Shown here: in pieces, positions 30,759 through 39,894 of the stretch | How positions within the stretch are numbered: position 1 is the stretch's first letter | How the letters are laid out: every line of letters begins with the position of its first letter | IMG/VR virus record: IMGVR_UViG_3300038620_000113 | Coordinates: 1-60,912 of that record | DNA length: 60,912 nucleotides | Strand: one strand, 5' to 3' | From: a virus | Lineage: Duplodnaviria; Caudoviricetes | The notes under the pieces: generated by a model | Told to the model about the DNA's origin: nothing | The model's input: the letters and a program-made list of their open reading frames with translations, nothing else | The model's database searches: none | Made by a program: the position numbers and the translations under genes

Positions 30759-31220
30759 ATGAAAAGTAAGCTACCAACATTTAATGAATTTATAAGTGAA
30801 CAGTTAAATGAAGCTTCATCAAAACCGACAAGTAAACAATTAAAAATGATTAAACTACTTGGTGGTGATAAAAGTGATGTAGAAACAAAAAAAGATGCAA
30901 GTGAAAAAATAAAGTCATTAAAAAGTGATATAGTAACAAATCCTGTTAGTATATTTTATTACGAAGGAGAAACACTTGATAGAAGTTCTGTTTTACTGGC
31001 AACACCTAAAATGCTTGGTTTAGATAAAAAAAATATGCCTGAATTTCTACAAGTTACAAATAGGTACGGTTATGATTATCTTTATCAACTTTTTGATGGT
31101 TCTCAAGGAAGTTATAATCCTCCTAAAGTTGGTGAATGGCGGTACAAGTTAATAGGTCCTAAAAATAAGTTTAAGCCACCCTTAGAAGTTAGTGTCAGAT
31201 GGAATCCATCAGAAAATTAA
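30759..31220 (+). CDS. putative internal head protein
   Basis: leader MKSKLPTFNEFISE. Confidence 0.6.
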   Translation: MKSKLPTFNEFISEQLNEASSKPTSKQLKMIKLLGGDKSDVETKKDASEKIKSLKSDIVTNPVSIFYYEGETLDRSSVLLATPKMLGLDKKNMPEFLQVTNRYGYDYLYQLFDGSQGSYNPPKVGEWRYKLIGPKNKFKPPLEVSVRWNPSEN

Positions 31221-31225
31221 ACCTA

Positions 31226-31289
31226 AATCAAATCTAAATAATGATTAACACAACGATTGTAATCTTCCATTACTTGATTCAAGAACCTT
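31226..31289 (-). mobile_element. remnant of tnpB 5' coding region
   Basis: 60/64 nt identical to 36446-36509. Confidence 0.8.
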
Positions 31290-31450
31290 TTCAAACTTTA
31301 GGCTTTACTGTTTTAACCCCGGATGGTTTTTATACAACTATTCTCACGGAATCAATTTAATTTAATTTTATAATATTTTAAAATTCTTGTCGTTTTAAAA
31401 GCGTAGAAACAGTAACTAAAAATTGTTGATCTAATAGAATAATTATACTT

Positions 31451-31822
31451 ATGTCAAAAAGAAAATTCACATCTGCATGTTTTGCGCATCCCGGATGGTT
31501 TTTATACAACTATCCACATGGAACTAATAAGTTCTTTTGCATTTCAAAAATGCCATCTGGTAATTATACTGTATTGTACGGTAGAATTTTCACCACTAAC
31601 AATTTTTTAGAACCATTTAATTTACTTTATAAGATTTGTAAAAGGTTAGGGCTTTTGGGTAAGTGGAAACTATCTAAGAGATATCCAAGTCAAAGTGAAG
31701 TTTTTGATACTATGCCTAATATTTTTTGGGAAACTACTTACAGTTGGGATGTGTATGATAAAACCAATAGTTTATCTTATGACAATGTTATACAGGATAA
31801 AATAAACGAGTTAGAAAATTGA
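31451..31822 (+). CDS. hypothetical protein
   Basis: ORF; part duplicated at 31318-31341. Confidence 0.55.
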   Translation: MSKRKFTSACFAHPGWFLYNYPHGTNKFFCISKMPSGNYTVLYGRIFTTNNFLEPFNLLYKICKRLGLLGKWKLSKRYPSQSEVFDTMPNIFWETTYSWDVYDKTNSLSYDNVIQDKINELEN

Positions 31823-31833
31823 CTAAATTTTAC

Positions 31834-31864
31834 TTGACAATACCGTTTTAATTTGTTATATTAG
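31834..31864 (+). promoter_or_regulatory. early promoter
   Basis: TTGACA-N17-TATATTAG. Confidence 0.75.
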
Positions 31865-31889
31865 TGGTAAGAAGTTAAACGATTAATAT

Positions 31890-32453
31890 ATGACTATGAA
31901 TTGGGAAAACGTAATTGAAACCGCACCAATTTCCCTCTTGAATTTATTGAAGGAAACTTCAAAGATTTACGAACGTCCTGATTACCATCCCGAAGAATCC
32001 ACTAGGGTTCATATTGAAGTGGTAACACGACGGTTAGAAGTTACAAACGACCCTGATCTTATCATGGCGGGGTTTATCCATGACCTAGGTAAATGGCCAC
32101 ATAATCAAAAAGGTGCTGGTAAAGATGGTTGGCCAACCGCGCCTGGACATGCAAATTATGCTAGGGCATTGGTTGAAAATAACCAAGATATTTGGGATTG
32201 GATTAAATCGTGGGGTGCAAATCCCCAAGTGGTGGCTGAAATTAGTGGACACCACATGAAGATTAAAAACTTTGATAGTGAAAAGCCAAAGCGTCAAAGA
32301 AAGATGAAAAACCAAGTTTCCCCAAAATCTTGGATAAAGCTTCAAGTGTTTACGGAGGCTGATAACATGCTTCGCCCCTTCTACTATGAAGGTGTTTCTA
32401 ACGAAAAGGCTGAAGTCCTTTTGAGTATTTCATCCAAGCAACGCTTTCTATAA
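31890..32453 (+). CDS. HD-domain phosphohydrolase
   Basis: YHPE..H, IHDLGK, GHA, HM, AD. Confidence 0.8.
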   Translation: MTMNWENVIETAPISLLNLLKETSKIYERPDYHPEESTRVHIEVVTRRLEVTNDPDLIMAGFIHDLGKWPHNQKGAGKDGWPTAPGHANYARALVENNQDIWDWIKSWGANPQVVAEISGHHMKIKNFDSEKPKRQRKMKNQVSPKSWIKLQVFTEADNMLRPFYYEGVSNEKAEVLLSISSKQRFL

Positions 32454-32471
32454 CTTTAAACTTATTTCATT

Positions 32472-32879
32472 ATGAACGGTGATCTTTTCATATTGCGTGG
32501 TGTTCCAGGTTGTGGCAAGTCCACTGTAGCTGAAACCATTGCAGCACAAGGTGGTAAAGTCATAAGTGCTGATAACTTCTTTATAAAAGAAGATGGAACT
32601 TATGATTTTGATATTAACAAGCTAGGTGATGCACATAATTGGGCACAATCCGAGGCTGAAAAAGCTTTGAGTTCTGGTATTGCTAAAGTTGTAATAGCCA
32701 ATACAAACTCTCGTGAAAAAGAAATGAAGCCCTATCAAAAGATGGGTGAAAAGTATAATTACCGTGTGCATGTTCTAGTAGTAGAGAATCGACATGGATC
32801 AAATGATATCCATAGTGTTCCCAGTGAAGCGAAAGAAAGAATGGAAAATAGTATTCGCAACAGCTTGAAATTAAAATAA
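32472..32879 (+). CDS. P-loop polynucleotide kinase-like protein (AAA_33)
   Basis: LRGVPGCGKST, SADNFF, NTN, HSVP. Confidence 0.8.
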   Translation: MNGDLFILRGVPGCGKSTVAETIAAQGGKVISADNFFIKEDGTYDFDINKLGDAHNWAQSEAEKALSSGIAKVVIANTNSREKEMKPYQKMGEKYNYRVHVLVVENRHGSNDIHSVPSEAKERMENSIRNSLKLK

Positions 32880-32889
32880 ACTATACATT

Positions 32890-33669
32890 CTAGTAAGAAA
32901 AATTCTTAAATAATCTGTTAAAGTTTTTTTGTAAAATAAAGACTTCATAAAGCATATTTCCAGACCGAAAAGGAAAATTCTTTTCAAAAACATCAATTAA
33001 GTTTTTATCTGAATTGTTCAAACTTTCAAGTGCTTTTTCTTTTTCATATGGAGCACTTCTAGCTTTGTAAAAACTTTTAAGATCTACACAGTGTTTATTA
33101 ACGAAACTAGGAAGCCTTTGCTCACCACCTAAAATTTTTAGAAAAGCGTTCCACGACTTAGAACTATCTTCTGCAATAAAGTTAATTTCAGCATTGTTGT
33201 TAAGTTTATGCCATTGGGTTAACCAGCTTGTAAGTTCTCTGCAAACTTGTTCTTTTTCACCAACAATTTCTACATTTCTTACAAACTTGTCAAAACCTGA
33301 ATTTTGAAAAGCATAATTGTTTGCATAATCATTTGCAACTCTTTGAAAAGCATTAGACATTGCATTTTGATATCTACGAGCGATATTCACTTCATCATAA
33401 GTAGTTGAATGGTTCATAGGTAAATCTGTTCCGACTCCTAGGTTAGGTTTATTAAGTTGATGGTAATTACTCATTACTGTATCCTGTCTGGTTGGTCCAA
33501 CAAATTTCATGTTACATGAACATTCTTGAACTTTTTTTTGTTCGTAATTTTTATCAAAGTCATACAATTCAGCATAAAAGTAATTTTGATTTTCATTCAT
33601 AACACAAATAGATAGTGGGTGGGAATCTGGAGCATATCCCGCGTTTTCTGCACTAATAAAAAAGTTCAT
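32890..33669 (-). CDS. degenerate DEDD 3'-5' exonuclease-like protein
   Basis: FFISAENAG..LSI....FYAE resembles DxE motif with Asp lost. Confidence 0.35.
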   Translation of the reverse strand: MNFFISAENAGYAPDSHPLSICVMNENQNYFYAELYDFDKNYEQKKVQECSCNMKFVGPTRQDTVMSNYHQLNKPNLGVGTDLPMNHSTTYDEVNIARRYQNAMSNAFQRVANDYANNYAFQNSGFDKFVRNVEIVGEKEQVCRELTSWLTQWHKLNNNAEINFIAEDSSKSWNAFLKILGGEQRLPSFVNKHCVDLKSFYKARSAPYEKEKALESLNNSDKNLIDVFEKNFPFRSGNMLYEVFILQKNFNRLFKNFSY

Positions 33670-33722
33670 AGTTATTTTTTATTATTTATTTAGTTAAAAA
33701 ATAATAAATAGAAAAAGTAGTA

Positions 33723-34622
33723 ATGAAAACTAAACTACCCACATTTAACCAGTTTATTAATGAATCTTTAGTTAATGAAAAGCTTTATGATGAACCCGTA
33801 GAAGTAAATGGAAAGGTTTTAGTTATACGATTTTCAGATGATATTCAAAATGATATTAAAAGGGGGTATAGCACTTGGAATCTGGGTGGGGATCACTCAG
33901 AAATTCCCGGAGTTTTTAATAGTTTAAAATCGGCTGTTCTTGGGCTTTTTAGTGATTCTCAATACGCCGCCCTTTTTAATTATGATGGTGTTGTTTGGCG
34001 TATTCAATATGACTTTATTAATGATTATATTGATTCTGACAATTTAAAGGGTTTTTATAATTACTTAAAAAAACATAAAGATCGTTATCTGTTAGATATG
34101 TTTAATAAAGTTAAAGATTATGAAGAATTTGAAGAGGAATTAAATAATGACTTGGAAGACATTAAAAATTATTACGGAAAAACGTCTGAAGGGTGGATTG
34201 AATTTTTAAGCAGGTTTGATTTGCGTCCTGATAGAATGCTGGAGGAAATGTTTGAAAATAATTGGGAAAGCGCAAAGTATTATGTTTTAAATATTATTAA
34301 AGAAATGGACAAAACAGGTGGTAAAACTTGTATTGAAGATATAAGATATAATAAAAATTATAATAGTTGGGGTATAGTGCATCACGAAGGACTTTCTTGT
34401 TTTCTTGCTCCCTTTGACAATATAGAGAAAAACTTTGAAATGGCTAAAGATATAGCAAATGATTTGTTAGGCTCTAGTTTCGGTTATGTTGCTATAGGTG
34501 ATGTAGAGGTTTATAAAAGCATGAAAATTAAAATGCATAATGATACAGTTAATATGCACTTTTTACTTTGTGATTCCGTTGAAGAAGAAGAATGTGGAGA
34601 GCCTGTTCATTATACAGATTAG
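33723..34622 (+). CDS. putative internal head protein
   Basis: leader MKTKLPTFNQFINE; upstream TAAATA. Confidence 0.6.
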   Translation: MKTKLPTFNQFINESLVNEKLYDEPVEVNGKVLVIRFSDDIQNDIKRGYSTWNLGGDHSEIPGVFNSLKSAVLGLFSDSQYAALFNYDGVVWRIQYDFINDYIDSDNLKGFYNYLKKHKDRYLLDMFNKVKDYEEFEEELNNDLEDIKNYYGKTSEGWIEFLSRFDLRPDRMLEEMFENNWESAKYYVLNIIKEMDKTGGKTCIEDIRYNKNYNSWGIVHHEGLSCFLAPFDNIEKNFEMAKDIANDLLGSSFGYVAIGDVEVYKSMKIKMHNDTVNMHFLLCDSVEEEECGEPVHYTD

Positions 34623-34681
34623 TTTTACAAAGTTTGATAACATATAAAACTACTATTTTTTAATATAAGCAATAAAAAACT

Positions 34682-35299
34682 ATGAACACCACTTTGTGTG
34701 GTTGTAATTTTTCAAACGAAAGTCCAAAAATTCTTTTTTTTATTGAGCAAGTAGATTATCAAACTGCAATGAAAATTGTAATTGATAATCACTATTTGCA
34801 CAGAAAGCCACCTTGTAGCAGAGCTTATGGAATTTTTTGTAATTCCTGTCAAAAGATATTAGGAGTAGTGGTGTATGGTGTTTCTTGCAGTAACACTTTA
34901 TTAAGAGGAATTTGTGGTGAAGATGAAGCAAACAGCGTTTATGAACTTACAAGACTATGGATAAAGGATGGAACACCAAGAAATACTGAAAGTTATCTTA
35001 TAGGAAATACATTAAAGTTACTTGATAAGGAAATAATAGTTTCGTTTTCCGAAATAGCACAGGGGCATATTGGAACAGTTTACCAAGCCACAAATTTTTT
35101 ATATTGTGGATTGAGTGCAAAATTCAGAGACCCAAAAGTTAAAGGACTTGAACACCAACACCATGCAACCTATGCTAGAAATATGACTATGAAGCAAGTC
35201 AAGGAAAAGTATGGAGAAGAAAACGTTTACTATGTAGATAGACCAAGAAAGCACCGATATATTTTTTTTAACGGAAAAAGGAACTTTTTAAAAAGTTAA
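34682..35299 (+). CDS. Mom-like adenine-modification (GNAT) enzyme, C-terminus disrupted
   Basis: HYLH, ELTRLW, HIGTVYQATNFLYCG, KHRY. Confidence 0.8.
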   Translation: MNTTLCGCNFSNESPKILFFIEQVDYQTAMKIVIDNHYLHRKPPCSRAYGIFCNSCQKILGVVVYGVSCSNTLLRGICGEDEANSVYELTRLWIKDGTPRNTESYLIGNTLKLLDKEIIVSFSEIAQGHIGTVYQATNFLYCGLSAKFRDPKVKGLEHQHHATYARNMTMKQVKEKYGEENVYYVDRPRKHRYIFFNGKRNFLKS

Positions 35300-35315
35300 A
35301 GTATGATGTTCTACC

Positions 35316-36686
35316 GTTACAACAACAAATGAAATTCTTTGAATTTATTTTTGCTGTTTTTCGTGGCGAAAGGTACGGTAACAGCCTTTCCGGTCGATAT
35401 TCAATGCCGCATTATAATCGGCATTAGTTGAATATCCACAATCAATACATCTAAACCGCTCTTGAGAGGAACGATTTTCACGATGCAATGAACCACAATT
35501 AGAGCAAGTCTGACTAGTATAAGCCGGTGAAACCTTCATCAACTTGATACCAGTTTCACTACAAACTTGCTCTAGTTTCTTTATAGTTTTAGCGTAAGAC
35601 CAGTATTGAAGTTTGTTGTTAGTCTTTTTGCCTAACTTGGATTTATGCTTGACTTGTTTGAGGTCTTCGATAGAAAGCAATTCCACACCGTTTAGGTCTA
35701 ATTTTTGGTTAATACAATAATTGATTAAATTATCTCGTTGAATCAGTTTCCGCTTGTAAGCCTTAGAGCCGCGTTGTTTACGGGTGATTTGTTCATAGAG
35801 GCTATCAAATTCTTGACCTATTGATTGATTATCACTAGTCTGAATAAAGACCTTCTGACCTAAGTCAATTCCTATATGAGAACAATCGGGATTAGCCATT
35901 GGCTGCGGGGCATTCTTCTCCCAAAACAAGTTAATAAATGTCTTACCTGATTTTCTTTGTACTTGAATAGTATTTTTGAGTTGATACTGGCTATTGAGTA
36001 ACTGATTGGAATGACGGTGTTGTTTAAGTGGTAGATGAATGGTATAATAACGGTTTTTAGTATTGTAGTTGCGGTAGGGAGTGGTTATTTTAACGAAGTT
36101 ATCAAAATGATTTCCCCTTCTTATGTTACAAAGAGCACTCTCTAGGCTTAAATTAACATTATTCAAATTAGGCTTAGTAAAATATTTGCTTAAATGAACC
36201 GGCTTGAGATTGAGTTTTTTGAATCGCTTTTGTAAGAATGGATGATTGGGCTTATGTTTTATCAAGTAAGCATAAACCTTTTGATAGCGCTTATAACGGC
36301 GCTGGTTGGCTTTGGAACTTTGAGATCGAATGATTTCGGATGCCTGTTTATAGGCGGCTTTCCGATACTTAGAATGCTCAATGTTACAAACAATAGGTAA
36401 ATTAGAATTGCCTAGAGTGGCCCGCAAAGGCAATTGATTGGCTAGAATCAAATCTAAGTAATGATTAACACAACGAGTATAATCTTCCATTACTTGATTC
36501 AGGAACCTTAACTTACCTTGATTGGTTATCCGAGTAATGCTATGCCGTGAGGTTTTAATCAAAAGAAAAAATCTTTTTCCTACTTTATTTATTTAGTTGA
36601 ATAAAGAGAAATGATTGACTTAATTAATTTTCATTTCATTTCACTTTTTAGCAAAGAATTTCAAATTATAGTTTTTGCTGTTGTAA
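35316..36686 (-). mobile_element. non-autonomous IS607-like element carrying only tnpB
   Basis: bounded by CC cores (35314-15, 36687-88); GTTACAACA/TGTTGTAAC inverted ends; excision restores VLPYPKNQ*. Confidence 0.8.
35345..36562 (-). CDS. tnpB: RNA-guided endonuclease TnpB
   Basis: GIDLG, IEDL, PAYTSQTCSNC, CIDC, NADYNAALNI. Confidence 0.92.
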   Translation of the reverse strand: MIKTSRHSITRITNQGKLRFLNQVMEDYTRCVNHYLDLILANQLPLRATLGNSNLPIVCNIEHSKYRKAAYKQASEIIRSQSSKANQRRYKRYQKVYAYLIKHKPNHPFLQKRFKKLNLKPVHLSKYFTKPNLNNVNLSLESALCNIRRGNHFDNFVKITTPYRNYNTKNRYYTIHLPLKQHRHSNQLLNSQYQLKNTIQVQRKSGKTFINLFWEKNAPQPMANPDCSHIGIDLGQKVFIQTSDNQSIGQEFDSLYEQITRKQRGSKAYKRKLIQRDNLINYCINQKLDLNGVELLSIEDLKQVKHKSKLGKKTNNKLQYWSYAKTIKKLEQVCSETGIKLMKVSPAYTSQTCSNCGSLHRENRSSQERFRCIDCGYSTNADYNAALNIDRKGCYRTFRHEKQQK

Positions 36687-36773
36687 CCCTATCCAAAAAA
36701 CCAATAAATGTAAATCTGTAAAACTTTTATAGATTTATTTTTTGTAATTTTTTAACACAAACAATAAAAAACT

Positions 36774-37220
36774 ATGAACAACACCATTAAAGTGAACAGG
36801 GGTGACTATAATTTAACCACTATGATTTTTCACGCCAAAGAAGATAATTTTCAACATCTTCTAGATAATATAATTAATAGTTTAGAAGAAGTTGAAGTTT
36901 ATATTAATGACGAAGCCTTACAAAGAGGAATAAATATCAAATCTGTAAATTGGGTCAGTAATACTGATGAAACCAAACCAGAAGGACCTACATTAATGAT
37001 TGAGTTTGACAAAAAGAAAAAAGAAAAAATGTTTCTTTTTTGGACTGTAGAATATAATTTAGGAGTAAAACTTTACTTTGAAAATCAAAGCAGTAGCAGA
37101 AATGTTTTTAATAATTACGTTTTAAAAGGTCAATTCACACATGATTCATGGACTTTTGAATTAACGACCAAAAAAATGTGGGACACGTATCTAAAAGTAG
37201 CTTTTGATGAATATTTTTAA
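36774..37220 (+). CDS. hypothetical protein
   Basis: ORF with A-rich leader. Confidence 0.55.
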   Translation: MNNTIKVNRGDYNLTTMIFHAKEDNFQHLLDNIINSLEEVEVYINDEALQRGINIKSVNWVSNTDETKPEGPTLMIEFDKKKKEKMFLFWTVEYNLGVKLYFENQSSSRNVFNNYVLKGQFTHDSWTFELTTKKMWDTYLKVAFDEYF

Positions 37221-37260
37221 TTTCGGTAATACTATATTGTTATAAATAAATTACAATTCT

Positions 37261-37452
37261 ATGGAAATTACAAGTCAAATGATTCACACAGTGGGCCTTA
37301 TTGTGGGAATACAAATTCTAGGTTCTATAATTGGGGAAATGTTAAACCCCCTTCGTAAAAAACCAAAGACATGGCTTAAAATAATTGAGATTATAATTTT
37401 TGTTCTGGTATTAACAACCACGTTGTTTAATGGTTACATGCTATTTACTTAA
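37261..37452 (+). CDS. small two-helix membrane protein
   Basis: two hydrophobic segments. Confidence 0.55.
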   Translation: MEITSQMIHTVGLIVGIQILGSIIGEMLNPLRKKPKTWLKIIEIIIFVLVLTTTLFNGYMLFT

Positions 37453-37495
37453 AATAATAAAGCACAGCCTAACCATTAAAATTTTAAATTTGTTC

Positions 37496-37524
37496 TTGCT
37501 AAGTATTCAGTTATGTGTTATATT
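37496..37524 (+). promoter_or_regulatory. early promoter
   Basis: TTGCTA-N17-TATATT. Confidence 0.5.
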
Positions 37525-37563
37525 TATATTATACTAGTATTCAAACTTTAATCTTAAAATATT

Positions 37564-37842
37564 ATGGACTCGGAAATCACAAACCAAGTAAAAGACCTCC
37601 TTGATGAAGAAATAAACATCTATATAAATGATGATTATTCTGGGAGAGGAATGTTTGGAGAAAAAACAAGTGCTTTAGTTGTTAATGAGCATGGCTTTAA
37701 AGGAATTTTAATGCTAATTCATTTTCTTACGGAAAGAGTAAAAATAAATGATTTAAGTCATGAAGAATTTCTTTCTATTATAGAAGAAGTTAGTTCTGCC
37801 CGGCTTGATGAAATGGGTAAAGATGGTATTGTAATTTATTAA
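37564..37842 (+). CDS. conserved phage hypothetical protein
   Basis: YSGRGMFG..DEMG..IVIY motif. Confidence 0.6.
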   Translation: MDSEITNQVKDLLDEEINIYINDDYSGRGMFGEKTSALVVNEHGFKGILMLIHFLTERVKINDLSHEEFLSIIEEVSSARLDEMGKDGIVIY

Positions 37843-37888
37843 AAATAAGTAAAACTTATTTACAGAATGCTAAGCTTAAAACTGTAAT

Positions 37889-37978
37889 GGAGGGGCAAGC
37901 AGACTTGGTGACTGCGTCCGACTTGAAATCGGTTCGGGTTAGTAGCCCTTGGAGGTTCGATCCCCTCCCTCTCCGCCA
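37889..37978 (+). tRNA. tRNA-Ser(TGA), CCA encoded
   Basis: GGAGGGG/CCTCTCC acceptor, CT-TGA-AA loop, long variable arm, TTCGATC. Confidence 0.85.
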
Positions 37979-38020
37979 CATTACTTTTTAAGATCTAGTT
38001 TAATTTTTTCATCTCATCTT

Positions 38021-38051
38021 TTGACAACGAAAGATAAAAGCATTAAATTAG
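38021..38051 (+). promoter_or_regulatory. early promoter
   Basis: TTGACA-N17-TAAATTAG. Confidence 0.7.
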
Positions 38052-38091
38052 AGGATAGAAAAATTGTATAACTTAATAAAGAAAGTATTGT

Positions 38092-38268
38092 ATGTTCATG
38101 TATTGTGAAGATTGTGGTTATGATTCAGGCGACGAAGGCAATAATAAAGAGTTGCTAAAAAAGGTCAAATCTGACTACAAAGAAGAACAAAAAGAAGAAC
38201 CAAGCTTTGACAGTTTTAGGGATGCAAAGTGCCCTAAGTGTAAAAGTTTTAATCTAAATGTTGATTAA
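38092..38268 (+). CDS. small zinc-ribbon protein (58 aa)
   Basis: CEDC...CPKC; below ORF-track cut-off. Confidence 0.65.
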   Translation: MFMYCEDCGYDSGDEGNNKELLKKVKSDYKEEQKEEPSFDSFRDAKCPKCKSFNLNVD

Positions 38269-38336
38269 AATCTTTATGAAGAACTTTGGGGCTTTTAGCT
38301 TAAACGGTTAGAATAACTATAACTAACAATGAGGTA

Positions 38337-38410
38337 GGGCCTGTGGTCTAATTGGTTAAGGCATCGCTCTCATAAAGCGAAAATTCTCGGTTCGATTCCG
38401 AGCAGGCCCA
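38337..38410 (+). tRNA. tRNA with CAT anticodon (Met or Ile2), no CCA
   Basis: GGGCCTG/CAGGCCC, TCGCT-CTCATAA-AGCGA, TTCGATT. Confidence 0.9.
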
Positions 38411-38436
38411 CTTAAACAATAAATTATTTAACAAAT

Positions 38437-38766
38437 ATGAACAAGCATGAAAGAATAAAAGCAGTTGCTAAACAGTTAAAAAATGATGGTTGGGATGTTA
38501 GAGCTTCTAATATAGAAGGATTTGATCCCCCCGATATGATTGAAGGTTATGTTCCAAGTATTGTTGCTTATAAAAATACGCACAAAAGAATTATTGAAAT
38601 AGAGCAAAAGAAACCAAAAATTTTTAATAAATTTATATTTTCAAAATTTCGATTTACAAATAAAAAAGAAAAAATAGAAGCATTTAAAAAAAGTGCCCAA
38701 CGACAAAGCAATACTACTGTTTGGGTCTTTTATGCAGGTGGTAAAACTCTTCAAATGGTAAGTTAG
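38437..38766 (+). CDS. small restriction-endonuclease-fold-like protein
   Basis: H....VA..L...GWDV..YVPSIVA....IIEIE. Confidence 0.45.
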   Translation: MNKHERIKAVAKQLKNDGWDVRASNIEGFDPPDMIEGYVPSIVAYKNTHKRIIEIEQKKPKIFNKFIFSKFRFTNKKEKIEAFKKSAQRQSNTTVWVFYAGGKTLQMVS

Positions 38767-38784
38767 TTTACCCTGTAGAAACAA

Positions 38785-38857
38785 CCGTCAGTAGCTCAGT
38801 TGGCAGAGCAACAGACTTTTAATCTGTGGGTCGGGGGTTCGAATCCTCCCTGACGGA
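38785..38857 (+). tRNA. tRNA-Lys(TTT), no CCA
   Basis: CCGTCAG/CTGACGG, ACAGA-CTTTTAA-TCTGT, TTCGAAT. Confidence 0.93.
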
Positions 38858-39114
38858 CTATAAAACAAAATTGAATATGGTTGATAATACTTTTAACTTT
38901 TTTCTAATCCATAGTAAAGATTATGGCTGCTTATTTGCGTTTTGAGCTTCTGTAATTTTTATGGGATTTATATCTGTTAAAATTCACTTTCATAATTTGA
39001 ATTATCGAGGAAAAATATATTCCCTAAAATATTAAATTATACAATACTTGTTGGATGTAATTTTATCTTTTATTTTTATTGTTTCTATAGTTGTTCCACT
39101 AATTTTGATAATAT

Positions 39115-39369
39115 ATGATTATTCCTAGTTACGAAGAAGTGAAAAAGTATGTTCAAACTCAAGGTGAAGACTTTGAACCTGTAATGACAGACAATCCTTA
39201 TCTTAACTTTATGATGGAGGTTGCTATTCAGGAACTTTACTTTCCTGGTGAAGATGACAACTATACCTTGGAGGATTGGAGAAAAGAAGAAAGTGATTTT
39301 GTTCGAGAAGTAGAAGCAGTAGGTAAAGAAAATCTTTACCCTATGGAAGAAATTTTCCCTAACACTTGA
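39115..39369 (+). CDS. hypothetical acidic protein
   Basis: 84-aa ORF. Confidence 0.55.
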   Translation: MIIPSYEEVKKYVQTQGEDFEPVMTDNPYLNFMMEVAIQELYFPGEDDNYTLEDWRKEESDFVREVEAVGKENLYPMEEIFPNT

Positions 39370-39396
39370 CAATTGTTAAATATTACTTTACCTTAG
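39366..39396 (+). promoter_or_regulatory. early promoter ahead of tRNA-like RNA and array 1
   Basis: TTGACA-N17-TACCTTAG. Confidence 0.65.
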
Positions 39397-39417
39397 TGGT
39401 ATAATACAATGAAAAAG

Positions 39418-39499
39418 AGTTAAAAAAGAAGACTCTGGTGAGTGCTTATTCCGCACCCCGGGAATAAGTGGGGGTTCGATTCCTTCCCTTTTTTTAACT
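39418..39499 (+). ncRNA. tRNA-like RNA with non-canonical anticodon arm
   Basis: terminal A/T stem, ACTC-TGGT-GAGT D-like arm, 9-bp hairpin, GGGGG-TTCGATT-CCTTC T-arm. Confidence 0.6.
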
Positions 39500-39500
39500 T

Positions 39501-39660
39501 GATCAAGCCACTTCCTTACATTTAGCATTTGGACGGGGATATTTAGTGGCCATCTTATTTTTCATTGTTTATTAAAACTAGCCAAGAAACTTCCTTTATG
39601 CTAATTGGAATTTAGAAATAGTTTCCGCTAGTTGTTTATTTTTAGGTCAAAGAAGTTCCT
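39501..39660 (+). ncRNA. hairpin array 1 (A1 39501-39554, B1 39576-39633, truncated C1 from 39644)
   Basis: stem-CAA-stem-TTCCT-loop-TA-stem-C-stem units. Confidence 0.75.
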
Positions 39661-39679
39661 TTTTTAATTGATTATTGCT

Positions 39680-39814
39680 ATGCTTATTGCAGTTGGGGAC
39701 GTTCACGGCAAGTATAAAGAATTCACGCAGGCCTGTTCGCACTTGGAAAATCTTTACCTTTTTCAAGTGGGCGATTGGGGTGTAGGCTTCCGATGGTCAA
39801 AACCACCCTCTTAA
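39680..39814 (+). pseudogene. metallophosphoesterase N-terminal fragment (44 aa)
   Basis: VGDVHG...QVGDWGVGF then stop. Confidence 0.7.
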
Positions 39815-39894
39815 ATGAACTGGAGTTGGCGGTGAGCCGCTTTTGAATAGGCGAATCAGCCGCTATTTTTCTAATCCAAATTAAACTTTCAACT

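Noticed and set aside
37889-37978. Selenocysteine or opal suppressor tRNA
   Set aside because: Anticodon is TGA (reads UCA, Ser), not TCA
38288-38313. Additional tRNA (GGGGCTTTTAGCTTAAACGGTTAGAA)
   Set aside because: Only a 5'-half-like remnant; no anticodon or T arm
39501-39520. Unit A start (GATCA..CACTTCCTT) resembling the 16S rRNA 3' end
   Set aside because: Loose match limited to A units; the shared TTCCT is too short
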